Positions 1 through 15,645 of a stretch of 64,000 bases of DNA are shown piece after piece; the first letter of the stretch is position 1, and every line of letters starts with the position of its first letter. The notes under the pieces are model-generated. The model had not been told where the DNA came from. It searched no databases and saw nothing but the letters and a program-made list of their open reading frames with translations. The stretch lies in NCBI GenBank assembly GCA_002269645.1, contig NIVC01002544.1:99045-163044 (forward strand), written 5' to 3'. This stretch comes from Macrostomum lignano. Lineage: Eukaryota. The translations under genes and the position numbers were made by a program.

Positions 1-115
1 GGATGTTTGAAATTTGACTGCCAAATTACAGGAGCCTGCAGCGAAATGCAGTAGAAATTATTAATATAATTAAAGCTCGCAATTATCTCCAGCTAAGAAT
101 GAATGCAAGCCAGCA

Positions 116-1708
116 ATGAAGCTCCAATTAGCAGGACTGATCTTCATTTTTATCTTGCAAGGATCGGCCGCTGACAATTCTGACACGAGTGAGTAACTGA
201 CTTTCTTGGTCTGACAATGAGTCATCGAAATCTCCTGATACGAGTACGAGCGTAGATACCGTGGTATCATTGCAGGCGAGTTCCCTATTCGAAGGAGCCG
301 CGTGCTGAGCACCTGGCAGTCGTCTTTTGGCGACGGCCAGACCTGCTTCTTCAACAGAAGCCAGACAGAGGAGGCCTCAGTTGTCAGTGACAAGCAGAAA
401 AGCTACCGGTTCTTTCACAGCAAAGGCAAGAGCCAAGCTGACGGCGGGTTTCACTGGTTCGCAGTGCAGCTGAATGAGCCAGTGCTGATCAGCTCTGTGA
501 CTGTGAAGGGCAGAGAGGGTGAGTCAGTCACTGTCTTTCATACTCGGCAATTTGCTGATACTCCTAAATTGGGAAAATTTCACTTCAGACGGAGTTCAAT
601 ACACCTACAACCGAGTGATCGACATTGAAATTTGGACATCGAGCTGGAGCAGGCGGGTGTTCTCCGGCGATGAGCACTGCACTTCAAGAAGCATGAGCGG
701 GCAGTTCAATGATTCACTGCCAAAATGGACACTTTGCGGTGTGATTAACAGCTCTCTGGAAAGCATCACTCGTGGTGAACTTCTCACTGTGTCCTGCGAG
801 AATGGGGTGGGTTCTGTCAATAATGCAGGCTAAATTGCTGCCAAACTGCAACTACAGTAGCTGAACTGCTTTCAGACATCCAAGCCAGCGCATCACCTGC
901 TGCTAAGGAAGGACGTGTCAAGCAAGGAACCGGACACAGATGACGATGATGTCATGAGCTTTGCGGATCTCAGACTGCAGGTTAGGCGACCTAAAAACCC
1001 GCCAGGTAAACTAATGACTGAAATTATTCTCTCTTGGTTTTAATATAAAATCTCTCAGTCATTCACAACAGTCTCAGTGATTTCCCAGTCATTCACAACA
1101 GTCTTAGTGATTTCTCAGTCATTCACAACAGTCTCAGTGACCTCTCATTCATTCACAACAGTCTCAGTGATTTCTCATTCACTCACAACAGTCTCAGTGA
1201 CCTCTCATTCACTCACAACAGTCTCAATGACCTCCCATTCATTCACAACAGTCTCAGTGACCTCCCATTCATTCACAACAGTCTCAGTGACCTCCCATTC
1301 ATTCACAACAGTCTTAGTGACCTCTCATTCACTCACACAACAGTCTCAGTGACCTCTCATTCACTCACAACAGTCTCAGTGATATCTCATTCATTCACAA
1401 CAGTCTTAGTGATTTCTCAGCCATTCACAACAGTCTCAGTGACCTCTCATTCATTCACAACAGTCTCGGTGACCTCCCATTCATTCACAACAGTCTTAGT
1501 GATATCTCATTCACTCACAACAGTCTCAGTGACCTCTCATTCATTCACAACAGTCTCAGTGACCTCTCATTCACTCTCTCTCGCACCTGCAGCCTCATCG
1601 CCGAACTCAGCCAGCAACGCAACCTTCTCAGCAACTGTGTCGGCCCTCGTATTTGTTTTAACCGCCCTAATCTGCGGCGTCGCTCTGGTCAGTAACTGGT
1701 CAATTTGA
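116..1708 (+). CDS. G1: signal peptide + one F-type-lectin-like domain + hydrophobic C-terminus (no Ig; TM or GPI signal)
   Basis: Exons 116-188 (MKLQLAGLIFIFILQGSAADNSDT), 276-518, 589-806, 876-1005, 1593-1708; GT-AG junctions with consistent phases; ends ASSPNSASNATFSATVSALVFVLTALICGVALVSNWSI*. Confidence 0.8.
1047..1575. repeat. 30-bp minisatellite in G1 intron 4 (~17 copies)
   Basis: Unit TCATTCACAACAGTCTCAGTGACCTCTCAT; lies between the donor at 1006 and the acceptor at 1592. Confidence 0.9.
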
Positions 1709-1949
1709 TTTTTTTTTGACAGGTAAGAGAATAACCGAATTTCGAATTCCAGCTGAAGCTGAAACTGAAGAGCAGACAGTTGCAGTCCTCAAGTCCCGAA
1801 GCAAAGCTGAGCAATGTGCCAGATAATCCGGCTGGCGTTGCTAAGGCAGTGCGCAAGGTGAGAGGCATCTGACCCCTGTACAGAATACTGCTGTGATGGC
1901 TCATGCAGGAGCAGGGAAGCTCAGTGGTACACGATTCCCCGCATTCATT

Positions 1950-2080
1950 TGGGCATTGTGCTCAAAAATAGGCCATTGGGTTTTCATGCATGCACAGACT
2001 GTACATGCCTGATGATTACAGTCAGGGCCGCTGTACACCCCGCGTGAGCGTGTGTGTGAGTGCCTGCTCCTGCGAATATT
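1950..2080 (+). mobile_element. SINE family B fragment (central domain)
   Basis: GTACATGCCTGATGATTACAGTCAGGGCCGCTGTACACCC, shared with 14300, 17440, 23140, 29440 and 49700. Confidence 0.55.
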
Positions 2081-2553
2081 GAAACTTCGAATGCTCAACA
2101 ACTGATGAGCAATGATGAATTGATGATGAAATCCGAGCCGGCTCCACCGATTTCAGACCGATTTCAAACTTACTGATTTCAGACGCTGCGACCGCGCGTC
2201 ACCGCCCGCAGCTGCGAGCCCGAGTGCAGCTACCTGTCGGTGAATCCCAACGCCGAGCCCGCCGACAACTCGGACAGGAATTCGGACACCGCAAGCGACT
2301 GCACCGTCTATTTGGAAATTGTGGCCGATGCCAACTAGCGAGCTGCTTCAATGATCATCAGATTCTTCACCTTGCATGCACTGCATCTGTGTACAGGGCA
2401 CCTGTTCTTGAGTGCGAGCTGAAATTTGTTTTAATGAACTCAAGCAATTGTTCAGTTTCAATGGTTAATACTCGTATTCAGCACAAATAAATCTTTGAAT
2501 TTCAAAATAAACGCTGACCTCTCGATGTCCATTGCCGAGCACCGTCGCTTCAA

Positions 2554-3620
2554 TCAGTCAGTCAGTCAGTCAGTCAGTCAGTCAGTCAGTCAGTCAGTCA
2601 GTCAGTCAGTCAGTCAGTCAGTCAGTCAGTCAGTCAGTCAGTCAGTCAGTCAGTCAGTCAGTCAGTCAGTCAGTCAGTCAGTCAGTCAGTCAGTCAGTCA
2701 GTCAGTCAGTCAGTCAGTCAGTCAGTCAGTCAGTCAGTCAGTCAGTCAGTCAGTCAGTCAGTCAGTCAGTCAGTCAGTCAGTCAGTCAGTCAGTCAGTCA
2801 GTCAGTCAGTCAGTCAGTCAGTCAGTCAGTCAGTCAGTCAGTCAGTCAGTCAGTCAGTCAGTCAGTCAGTCAGTCAGTCAGTCAGTCAGTCAGTCAGTCA
2901 GTCAGTCAGTCAGTCAGTCAGTCAGTCAGTCAGTCAGTCAGTCAGTCAGTCAGTCAGTCAGTCAGTCAGTCAGTCAGTCAGTCAGTCAGTCAGTCAGTCA
3001 GTCAGTCAGTCAGTCAGTCAGTCAGTCAGTCAGTCAGTCAGTCAGTCAGTCAGTCAGTCAGTCAGTCAGTCAGTCAGTCAGTCAGTCAGTCAGTCAGTCA
3101 GTCAGTCAGTCAGTCAGTCAGTCAGTCAGTCAGTCAGTCAGTCAGTCAGTCAGTCAGTCAGTCAGTCAGTCAGTCAGTCAGTCAGTCAGTCAGTCAGTCA
3201 GTCAGTCAGTCAGTCAGTCAGTCAGTCAGTCAGTCAGTCAGTCAGTCAGTCAGTCAGTCAGTCAGTCAGTCAGTCAGTCAGTCAGTCAGTCAGTCAGTCA
3301 GTCAGTCAGTCAGTCATAGTCACAGTCAGTCACAGTCACAGTCACAGTCAGTCACAGTCACAGTCACAGTCACAGTCACAGTCAGTCACAGTCACAGTCA
3401 CAGTCATAGTCACAGTCACAGTCATAATCACAGTCACAGTCATAGTCACAGTCACAGTCAGTCACAGTCACAGTCACAGTCAGTCACAGTCACAGTCAAT
3501 CAGTCACAGTCACAGTCACAGTCACAGTCACAGTCACAGTCACAGTCACAGTCACAGTCACAGTCACAGTCACAGTCACAGTCACAGTCAGTCACAGTCA
3601 CAGTCAGTCAGTCAGTCACC
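2554..3620. repeat. (TCAG)n perfect microsatellite (~760 bp) followed by (CACAGT)n
   Basis: Directly visible; the source of the SQSV ORFs. Confidence 0.97.
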
Positions 3621-3990
3621 CAGGTGCGAATTTTATTTATTGTGAATTGAATCAGCAAATGTTTAAATGCTGGCAACGCGGATAAACTTACTGAATATAA
3701 TTTCAGCATTTTAGTTATGAATATTAGTAGAAAACATCATTAATACCGAATTAAGTCAGAAATTAAAAATTGTCAAACAGCATCATTAGTTAAAATTGAA
3801 AGCTCCGACACTCTGAATAAACATAAAGGTGAACGCGCAACATTGCACAATGCCAACCTGTCCGCTCATTTTGCATCTTGATTAGAGCTGTAACAGTGGG
3901 GAGGGCAAAGTGTGAAATAAATTACAGCTGACAGATACACAGCCTGCAGAATACACAGCATATCATTGCCGGTGCCTTGGCAAAGTCGTC

Positions 3991-7022
<3,032 letters not shown>

Positions 7023-7406
7023 CTGCTGAGAGCTCTGCAAATTTAGCCTCATCTTCTCATAGTCTGTAAATAATGAACTGCTTCTTCCACGAGCTGCACA
7101 GTCTATTCGTAGCTATGAATGGGTGGCTTAAAAGGGCTTAAAATGATTTTTAGTGCCATTTTAACGCGCTCAGTAAAACAAAACACGAAAGCGAAACAAG
7201 CAGTCCAAACTGAAACATAGCCGCCTACTTTAACTTGAACTGTAGCAATGCAATTCGAAAAAGAGAGTAAATTTTTTACGATGTCAATTCGATATTTTAT
7301 TTATTCGATAGAATTAAAATATTGCTGGTAACGAAAAAATCGAATTACTACGTGTCAATGTCCACATTGACTTGATTATACATATCAATAATAATTATAG
7401 TAATAA

Positions 7407-7650
7407 TTAATTACACCTGCCCTAATTGGGCCAGATCATGAAGGCTGTGTACGGCTGTTCAGTGGGAGGTTGGGGTCGCCACACACCCTCAATTACCCCA
7501 GCTAATGCTGGCACCCATTTTACCAGCTGAGTGAACTGAAGCAATTCAGAGTTGAGTTCCTTGCTCAAGGACACAAATTGTTCCAGTGGGATCGGGAATC
7601 GAACCCCCGACTTTCAATTCGCGGGTCCGACGCTCCAACCGCTAGGCGAG
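7407..7650 (-). mobile_element. tRNA-derived SINE family A (CORE-like)
   Basis: Minus strand has an A-box/B-box head (TAGCGGTTGG...GGTTCGATTCC) followed by GTGTCCTTGAGCAAG; second copy at ~26000-26175. Confidence 0.65.
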
Positions 7651-8208
7651 TTTGCTATCCACCTAAAATTTCAGACATCAAAAAGAGATACTGAGAGTTC
7701 TGTGGAGGCAGTGGAACTGAAGCTGGTAGTCGCTGAGAGTTCCGGGATGCAACACAATGATGGTTCCGAAGCCGAGGTTTGTTAGTTTGGCTTTGACAGT
7801 TTAAACTTGTGCAGTGGCATGAAGTGAATGCATTATTGACAAACCGTCTCCTTTGTGGCAGGCGGGACCGAGGGTTCCTGACTCTGACTGCAGCTACCTG
7901 ACAGTCAGGCCACCGGCTGCTAAGCCGGCCACTGAGCACCCGGATGACAGGAGCGACTGCACTGAGTTCCTTAAAATTGTAGCTGATGGCGATTGACATG
8001 ATCAACTGCTCAAACTATAATCAATATTTTATTATTAGATAGAATTCAATATGTAAATTTAGCCATTGCCAGTTCATATTGTAAGAATTTCAGAGTTAAA
8101 GCAGTCGTATGCATGAGTGAATTACAGGAATTGAAGTATTTAAATGGCGCTGTAAATAAAATGCAAGAGAGTTTAAACTCCAAAGAAGCAACGGCTATTA
8201 ATGCGTCT

Positions 8209-8418
<210 letters not shown>

Positions 8419-8681
8419 CAAATATTACGAATTATTTACGAAACTTTTCTTAAATTCAACATTTGAAATGACACACAAACAGGCTATATTTAACACATAA
8501 GATAAGATAAACCAAGTGTTGATGGGGGTGATGTTGCTGGCTTATTTATAAAATACAAAACTATAATTTTAAATATCACTTGCGAATTTGGGTTTTAAAC
8601 AGAAACATATTTCCCGAAGTTAAACATTTCAAACTGAAAAAGTTTATATAATCTACGGCTCGTATTCAAACATGCCAAGCA

Positions 8682-11674
8682 ATGGAGGTCTGGTTCGCAA
8701 TGGCAGACCTGTTGCTGCTGCTGCTGCTGCTGCTGCTGGTCCAGACAGCCGCGCATGCTGAAGTTGGAGCAAACTGTGAGTTCTGCATGAGCAATGAATG
8801 TCAGCATGAATAAAAAGAATGTAAGTGCTCAATCTGTGCTCATTATTGCAGGCGAGTTCCCCATTCGCAGGAGCCGCGTGCTGAGCTCCTGGCAGTCGTC
8901 TTTTGGCGACGGCCAAACTTGCTTTTACAACAGAAGCCACACTGATGAGGAATCCGTGCTCAAAAACAAAACCTTTAGCTACCGGTTCTTCCACAGCGCT
9001 GGCCAGAGCTCAGCAGACGGCGGGTTTCACTGGTTTGCAGTGCAGCTGAATGAGCCAGTGCTCATCAGATCTGTGACTGTGAAGGGCAGAGAGGGTGAGT
9101 CACTCACTCAAATGCGTGCTCCAAGTCTGCTGTCTCTGCTCACGGTGCTCTCGCATTCCATATGGTGCATCGAAAGTCTTTAAAAGAGCCAGAGGCATTG
9201 TGATCTGGACATCAGACAGCAGCAGCCAGCTGTTCTCAGGAGATCACTGCAGTTCAAGGAGCATGAGCAGCCAGTTCAATGCATCACTGCATCTCTGGAG
9301 ACGGTGCGGGCTGACTGAGGGCGGCCCAAGAATTTCCGCTGGTGAAAATTTCACAGTGGATTGCATGGCTGAGGTGAATACATTTCAAATTTAAACTGCC
9401 TGTATATATTTACTAGCAAACTCTATAATGATGGATAATAAATAATCTTATTAAGTAGAATAAACAACCTGCTGCAGAGTTGTTAGAAAGTTGTTTTTCA
9501 ATAACAAATTCTCAGGTGAGGTACATTCTTCTTAGAAGAAGCATAACAAACGCGGACGTCTCGAGCTCTCTTGACTACATGAGTTTCGCTGACCTCCGGC
9601 TTCAAAAGTTGCAGCTGAGTAAGTCACGACTGTGGTGATTGCAGCTGCTCAAATGTCAGAAATATCGTACCTGAACTGCTGCTACCTGTGAACAATTTTA
9701 CGTTTTAGGGATCTCAGAAGCTCAACTCGTTGCGGAGAACTCCAGCTTCACAGTGAATTGCTCATTGGGCTGCACAGACCAGTCAGATGCTGGCTTAGCA
9801 GCTCTGATGCAGCTCTGCTTTCCGAACGGCAGCTGCAATGCATCACGGGAGCTGCGGGTTCCCAGAGCGCAGCCTCAACACGCTGGAAGCTACACCTGCA
9901 GACTGGGCTCTGTGGAGATGCGCACTGCAGTCTCTGTGCTGTGTGAGTGCAGACTTGGCATGGGCTGGCAAGCCTGTCTCTGTGCTGTGTGAGTGCAGAC
10001 TTGGCATAAGCTGGCAAGCCTGTCTCTGTGCTGTGTGAGTGCAGACTTGGCATGGGCTGGCAAGCCTGTCTCTGTGCTGTGTGAGTGCAGACTTGGCATG
10101 GGCTGGCAAGCCTGTCTCTGTGCTGTGTGAGTGCAGACTTGGCATGGGCTGGCAAGCATGTCTCTGTGCTGTGTGAGTGCAGACTTGGCATGGGCTGGCA
10201 AGCCTGTCTCTGTGCTGTGTGAGTGCAGACTTGGCATGGGCTGGCAAGCCTGTCTCTGTGCTGTGTGAGTGCAGACTTGGCATGGGCTGGCAAGCATGTC
10301 TCTGTGCTGTGTGAGTGCAGACTTGGCATAAGCTGGCAAGCATGTCTCTGTGCTGTGTGAGTGCAGACTTGGCATAAGCTGGCAAGCATGTCTCTGTGCT
10401 GTGTGAGTGCAGACTTGGCATAAGCTGGCAAGCCTGTCTCTGTGCTGTGAGTGCGTGACTGTGTGACTTGGGATGGGCTGTCAGGCATGTCACTTTCATT
10501 TTCTACTGACACATTTCTGTCAGATCCAAATCGATGCCTTTAATTTAATGATGGTGTCAAGTAATCCTGAGAAAAGCATATCTTGTCAATCTTTTATTCG
10601 TTATTGATAAATATGACGATTTTTATTTTGAATTCTAATTCGGTAACTTACTGACTTTTGCAGCAGTCTCCCCGCGTCAAGTTGTGATGAAGGGCTCCAA
10701 GCTCACTATGAGCTGCTCGCTGCACTGCAACGGCTCAGATCTGTGCTCAAACTCAAGCGGACTGCATCTCTGCTTGCTGAACGGCAGCTGCACAGGCAGT
10801 CACAGGATGGCCGTTGCTGTGGCGCAGCCTCTGCACTCTGGAAACTACACCTGCAGACTGGGCTCTGTGGAGTCTCGAACTTCGGTCACCGTGCTGTGTG
10901 AGCTCTTTAAATTCTCTTCAAAAGTTTCTTATTACAGACAGGATATCACAGGTGGCTCAACATGCACTCAGATTTAATATTTTTCAGACCCCCATCGAGA
11001 GTGTCAGTGTCAGTGCTGAATTTCAACAGCTGTCAGAACCTGTCAGATGTCATCGTGCAGTTTACATCAACAGAGTCTGAGCCAATCTCCGAGCACAGAT
11101 GCGGCGCAGAAGCTGCTGGAATTGAAATGCAGAATCTCACACTCATTCACCAGGTTGGTCTTAAATTCGTCAATCCAAAATTAACCTTTATTTGCTCAAT
11201 TGACTGTGACGGGTGCGGGCTTGCAGAGCTCTAGCGAGAACGGAACCATCAGCCAGTGGGTCCCGGACTCGAGCCTGCAAAGCGGCGGTGTCATCTCCAT
11301 AAAGTGCATCGCTCAGCAGCAGCTCCCGCAGCAGCTCGGCTTTCGGGTATTGAGTCAGGAGTCTGTGGAAGCCATCTGCACAGAACCGGAGATTTTGAGT
11401 TCCCTGTCCATTGCGATTGCCGCTGCCACAATTGGCGGTGCAGTCGCCCTGTCTGCTGTGTTGGTTGCGGTTGCGGCCGTGGTGAGAAACTGTTGGACAC
11501 TTCGACCTTTATTCTTCCCTTAACTGCATGATTCACTGCTCAATGCTATTCATGTTGCAGCGGATTTCCAGGCGGTCTCGTTCCAGAAGTTCGCCATCTG
11601 CCAGGCTGAAGATCTACTCAATTGTGCAGGTCAACTCCATGATGATCCCGTACGATGCGCAGCCGACAGATGCT
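8682..11674 (+). CDS. G3: SP + F-lectin-like + 2 Ig-like + MP + TM + tail; carries two lesions (possibly pseudogene)
   Basis: Exons 8682/8700-8775, 8852-9094, 9162-9373 (acceptor reads CAT, not CAG), 9516-9618, Ig 9709-9942, 10664-10897, MP 10988-11153 (C-run at 10989-10993 one base short), TM 11227-11481, tail 11561-11674 (RISRRSRSRSSPSARLKIYSIV...). Final exon not securely found. Confidence 0.7.
9930..10460. repeat. 46-bp tandem repeat (~11 copies) containing the Ig exon end and splice donor
   Basis: Unit GTCTCTGTGCTGT/GTGAGTGCAGACTTGGCATGGGCTGGCAAGCCT; period measured 9941 to 9987. Confidence 0.92.
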
Positions 11675-12004
11675 GTGAGTGCCATGCGTTTTATTTTCTT
11701 TTTAAGAAATATTTGCAACCAGTCATTTAAAAAACTATTGAACTCAAATTTTGAATTATTCCTGTTTGTGAGTTACACGAACTGTTACACAGTGTGAACA
11801 AAATTTTTATGGATATTTTTTGTTTTACATAAAAATTCTGCTAAATTTCTATCTCTACTTTCAGTAACTGATACCTTATATCTAAAATGAGTTCCGAAAG
11901 ATATAAACAAGTAACCGGACTTCATTGGGGGCAGAGAAGCTCAGCAGTAAACGCTGTTGGATCTATGAAGCTTGAACTTTTGTTGTTTGATTTGATTTTG
12001 ATTT

Positions 12005-13410
12005 TCAAGTTGGAACTGCTCTCGTCGGCATTCCGAGTGTCATTAGTCAAGTTGGAACTGCTCTCGTCGGCATTCCGAGTGTCAATAATCAAGTTGGAAC
12101 TGCTCTCGTCGGCATTCCGAGTGTCATTAATCAAGTTGGAACTGCTCTCGTCGGCATTCCGAGTGTCATTAGTCAAGTTGGAACTGCTCTCGTCGGCATT
12201 CCGAGTGTCATTAATCAAGTTGGAACTGCTCTCGTCGGCATTCCGAGTGTCATTAGTCAAGTTGGAACTGCTCTCGTCGGCATTCCGAGTGTCATTAGTC
12301 AAGTTGGAACTGCTCTCGTCGGCATTCCGAGTGTCATTAATCAAGTTGGAACTGCTCTCGTCGGCATTCCGAGTGTCAATAATCAAGTTGGAACTGCTCT
12401 CGTCGGCATTCCGAGTGTCATTAGTCAAGTTGGAACTGCTCTCGTCGGCATTCCGAGTGTCATTAGTCAAGTTGGAACTGCTCTCGTCGGCATTCCGAGT
12501 GTCATTAGTCAAGTTGGAACTGCTCTCGTCGGCATTACGAGTGTCATTAGTCAAGTTGGAACTGCTCTCGTCGGCATTCCGAGTGTCATTAGTCAAGTTG
12601 GAACTGCTCTCGTCGGCATTCCGAGTGTCATTAGTCAAGTTGGAACTGCTCTCGTCGGCATTCCGAGTGTCATTAGTCAAGTTGGAACTGCTCTCGTCGG
12701 CATTCCGAGTGTCATTAGTCAAGTTGGAACTGCTCTCGTCGGCATTCCGAGTGTCAATAATCAAGTTGGAACTGCTCTCGTCGGCATTCCGAGTGTCATT
12801 AGTCAAGTTGGAACTGCTCTCGTCGGCATTCCGAGTGTCATTAGTCAAGTAGGAACTGCTCTCGTCGGCATTCCGAGTGTCATTAGTCAAGTTGGAACTG
12901 CTCTCGTCGGCATTCCGAGTGTCATTAGTCAAGTTGGAACTGCTCTCGTCGGCATTCCGAGTGTCATTAGTCAAGTTGGAACTGCTCTCGTCGGCATTCC
13001 GAGTGTCATTAGTCAAGTTGGAACTGCTCTCGTCGGCATTCCGAGTGTCATTAGTCAAGTTGGAACTGCTCTCGTCGGCATTCCGAGTGTCATTAGTCAA
13101 GTTGGAACTGCTCTCGTCGGCATTCCGAGTGTCATTAGTCAAGTTGGAACTGCTCTCGTCGGCATTACGAGTGTCATTAGTCAAGTTGGAACTGCTCTCG
13201 TCGGCATTCCGAGTGTCATTAGTCAAGTTGGAACTGCTCTCGTCGGCATTCCGAGTGTCATTAGTCAAGTTGGAACTGCTCTCGTCGGCATTCCGAGTGT
13301 CATTAGTCAAGTTGGAACTGCTCTCGTTGGCATTCCGAGTGTCATTAGTCAAGTTGGAACTGCTCTCGTCGGCATTCCGAGTGTCAATAGTCAAGTTGGA
13401 ACTGGCCTCG
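12005..13410. repeat. 42-bp minisatellite (~33 copies)
   Basis: Unit CAAGTTGGAACTGCTCTCGTCGGCATTCCGAGTGTCATTAGT. Confidence 0.95.
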
Positions 13411-14214
13411 TGGGCATTCCAGGCGTCACGTCCGGTAGTAGATTAGTCCAGTTGTTGACTGGGCCACCCGCAGCTTGGGCTAGCCCCACCCCCAGCTTTG
13501 ATGACACTTGCTGCGTTGGATATGGTCATCATGCGCACTTCATGAACTTCCGATCTGTTCCACAGCTTCAACTGCAGCGCCAGCGTACTCCCATGAGTGC
13601 AGCACTGCCTGTACTCAAGCACTCCTGGGCGGAGTTTGACTCCCCTCAACTCAACTCAAGAGGATGATGATGCTCAGGTTTCTCAGGCGCGGTTGAATCA
13701 CCGTTCATAGCATATTTGACAAAGTCGTCATGAGTGAGAAGGAAGCCAGCGTTCTTCGTATCACGGCTTAGGACTTGAACGAATTGAAGCGCGGTCAGTG
13801 TTTGCTGTCGTACGCGTGACTTTGATTTAGCGGGTTGTCTTTGTTACAGCATCCGAGTACGCGAACATGCCAAATCGGTTCTGCACAATGTCCACGGCGA
13901 AGTTTGCTACTCCGTCCAAAAATAGCACCTCCGTTCTTGATGAGGCCAGTCACATAGAGTCAATAGTGTGTTTGGAGTCGACATTGGTTATGCCGATGAC
14001 TTCGATCCGACAATGTCCACTGTCCAGAGTTCGTCCGAATCTCTCAGTTCCTTTTCAACTTTTTAATTTCTCATTGCTCTCTACGCTCGGGTTTGCTTGT
14101 ACAGCAAGTATACCTAAGGCAAAAAATAATCAAACAACAAAAGTTCATGCTCGGCAGATTCAACAAACGCGTCCGACCCTCGCGACACGACCCCTTGCTT
14201 GGTGCGCGGCTGCA

Positions 14215-14560
14215 TTCATTTAGGGCTTGTGCTCAAAATTGGCCAGGGGCTCAGGCTCGATTCACAGCCATGAGGGCCAACCCCCCCCCCCGGCACAGAG
14301 AGTGTACATGCCTGACGATTAGAAAGTCAGGCCGCTGTACACCCTGTGTGAGCGTGTGAGGGCGTGCCTGCATACAGTATTAAAGTAGGTGCTCATTAGT
14401 CAGTGGAATGGGCAGAATTGCCTTAACGCTGGTTGTGGGACGGTGGGTGTTTCTACCCGGACCTACACAAGCACCGCACTGAAACATTTGCAGGCCTGCT
14501 GTTGCACGGAGGAGCTGCCAGAGTGCAGCTACTTAACAATAATCCCACCTGGAGGTCAGG
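14215..14560 (+). mobile_element. SINE family B copy
   Basis: CCCCCCGGCACAGAGAGTGTACATGCCTGACGATTAGAAAGTCAGGCCGCTGTACACCC...AACAATAAT tail. Confidence 0.6.
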
Positions 14561-15049
14561 CAGAGGCCACCACAGCCGATTTGCAGCACTCTGCCAGCGA
14601 ATGCACCGAGTTTATTGAGATTCTGGCTGATGGAGAGATTGAAGACTCATAAGTTCGGTGTGTACTCAAAAGCTCACAGTTGAAGGATTTAAGTGACGAA
14701 TCACCAAAATACCTGATGGTCCTCCACACCTGCCTTCTTGCTTCTAATTAATTTAACATATACGAAAAACAATATGATATCAGCAAAACGTGAATATCAT
14801 TGACTTTTTGTTAATGTTACTTTGAACTTATAGATTTTAATCAAACTTTTTCAATCAAGTTTCGCTAAACATGTGCGCCAATAAAGCATTAATTTTCTGC
14901 TTTTAACTCAGAAGTGGCTTTAAATGGACAGTTTAGCCCTGGACACATGGCTTGATTTCTTGCAGGATGTTTACTTAGAACTGATGATTGGGCTGTTTTG
15001 AGGGGCCTGTTCCTGGAAATAGATCGGAAGCTTATCGGAAAGTGACACA

Positions 15050-15645
<596 letters not shown>

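Noticed and set aside
1077-1592. Ser/Thr-rich mucin stalk for G1
   Set aside because: The repeat has a 2-nt frame break near 1337, and a strong polypyrimidine acceptor at 1592 joins the previous exon in phase; the repeat is best read as intronic.
2495-3650. Long SQSV, YLSI, poly-T/Y/V, RQAG, SVAQCC, ILIL and PHSL ORFs in the ORF track
   Set aside because: These are translations of stop-free micro/minisatellites; several lie within well-defined introns.
9930-13410. Regular 46- and 42-bp repeats as CRISPR arrays
   Set aside because: Contiguous tandem units without unique spacers, eukaryotic context, no cas genes.
13660-14200. Coding-like GC-balanced stretch with short ORFs
   Set aside because: No recognisable motif in any frame and stops are present; possibly TE debris.
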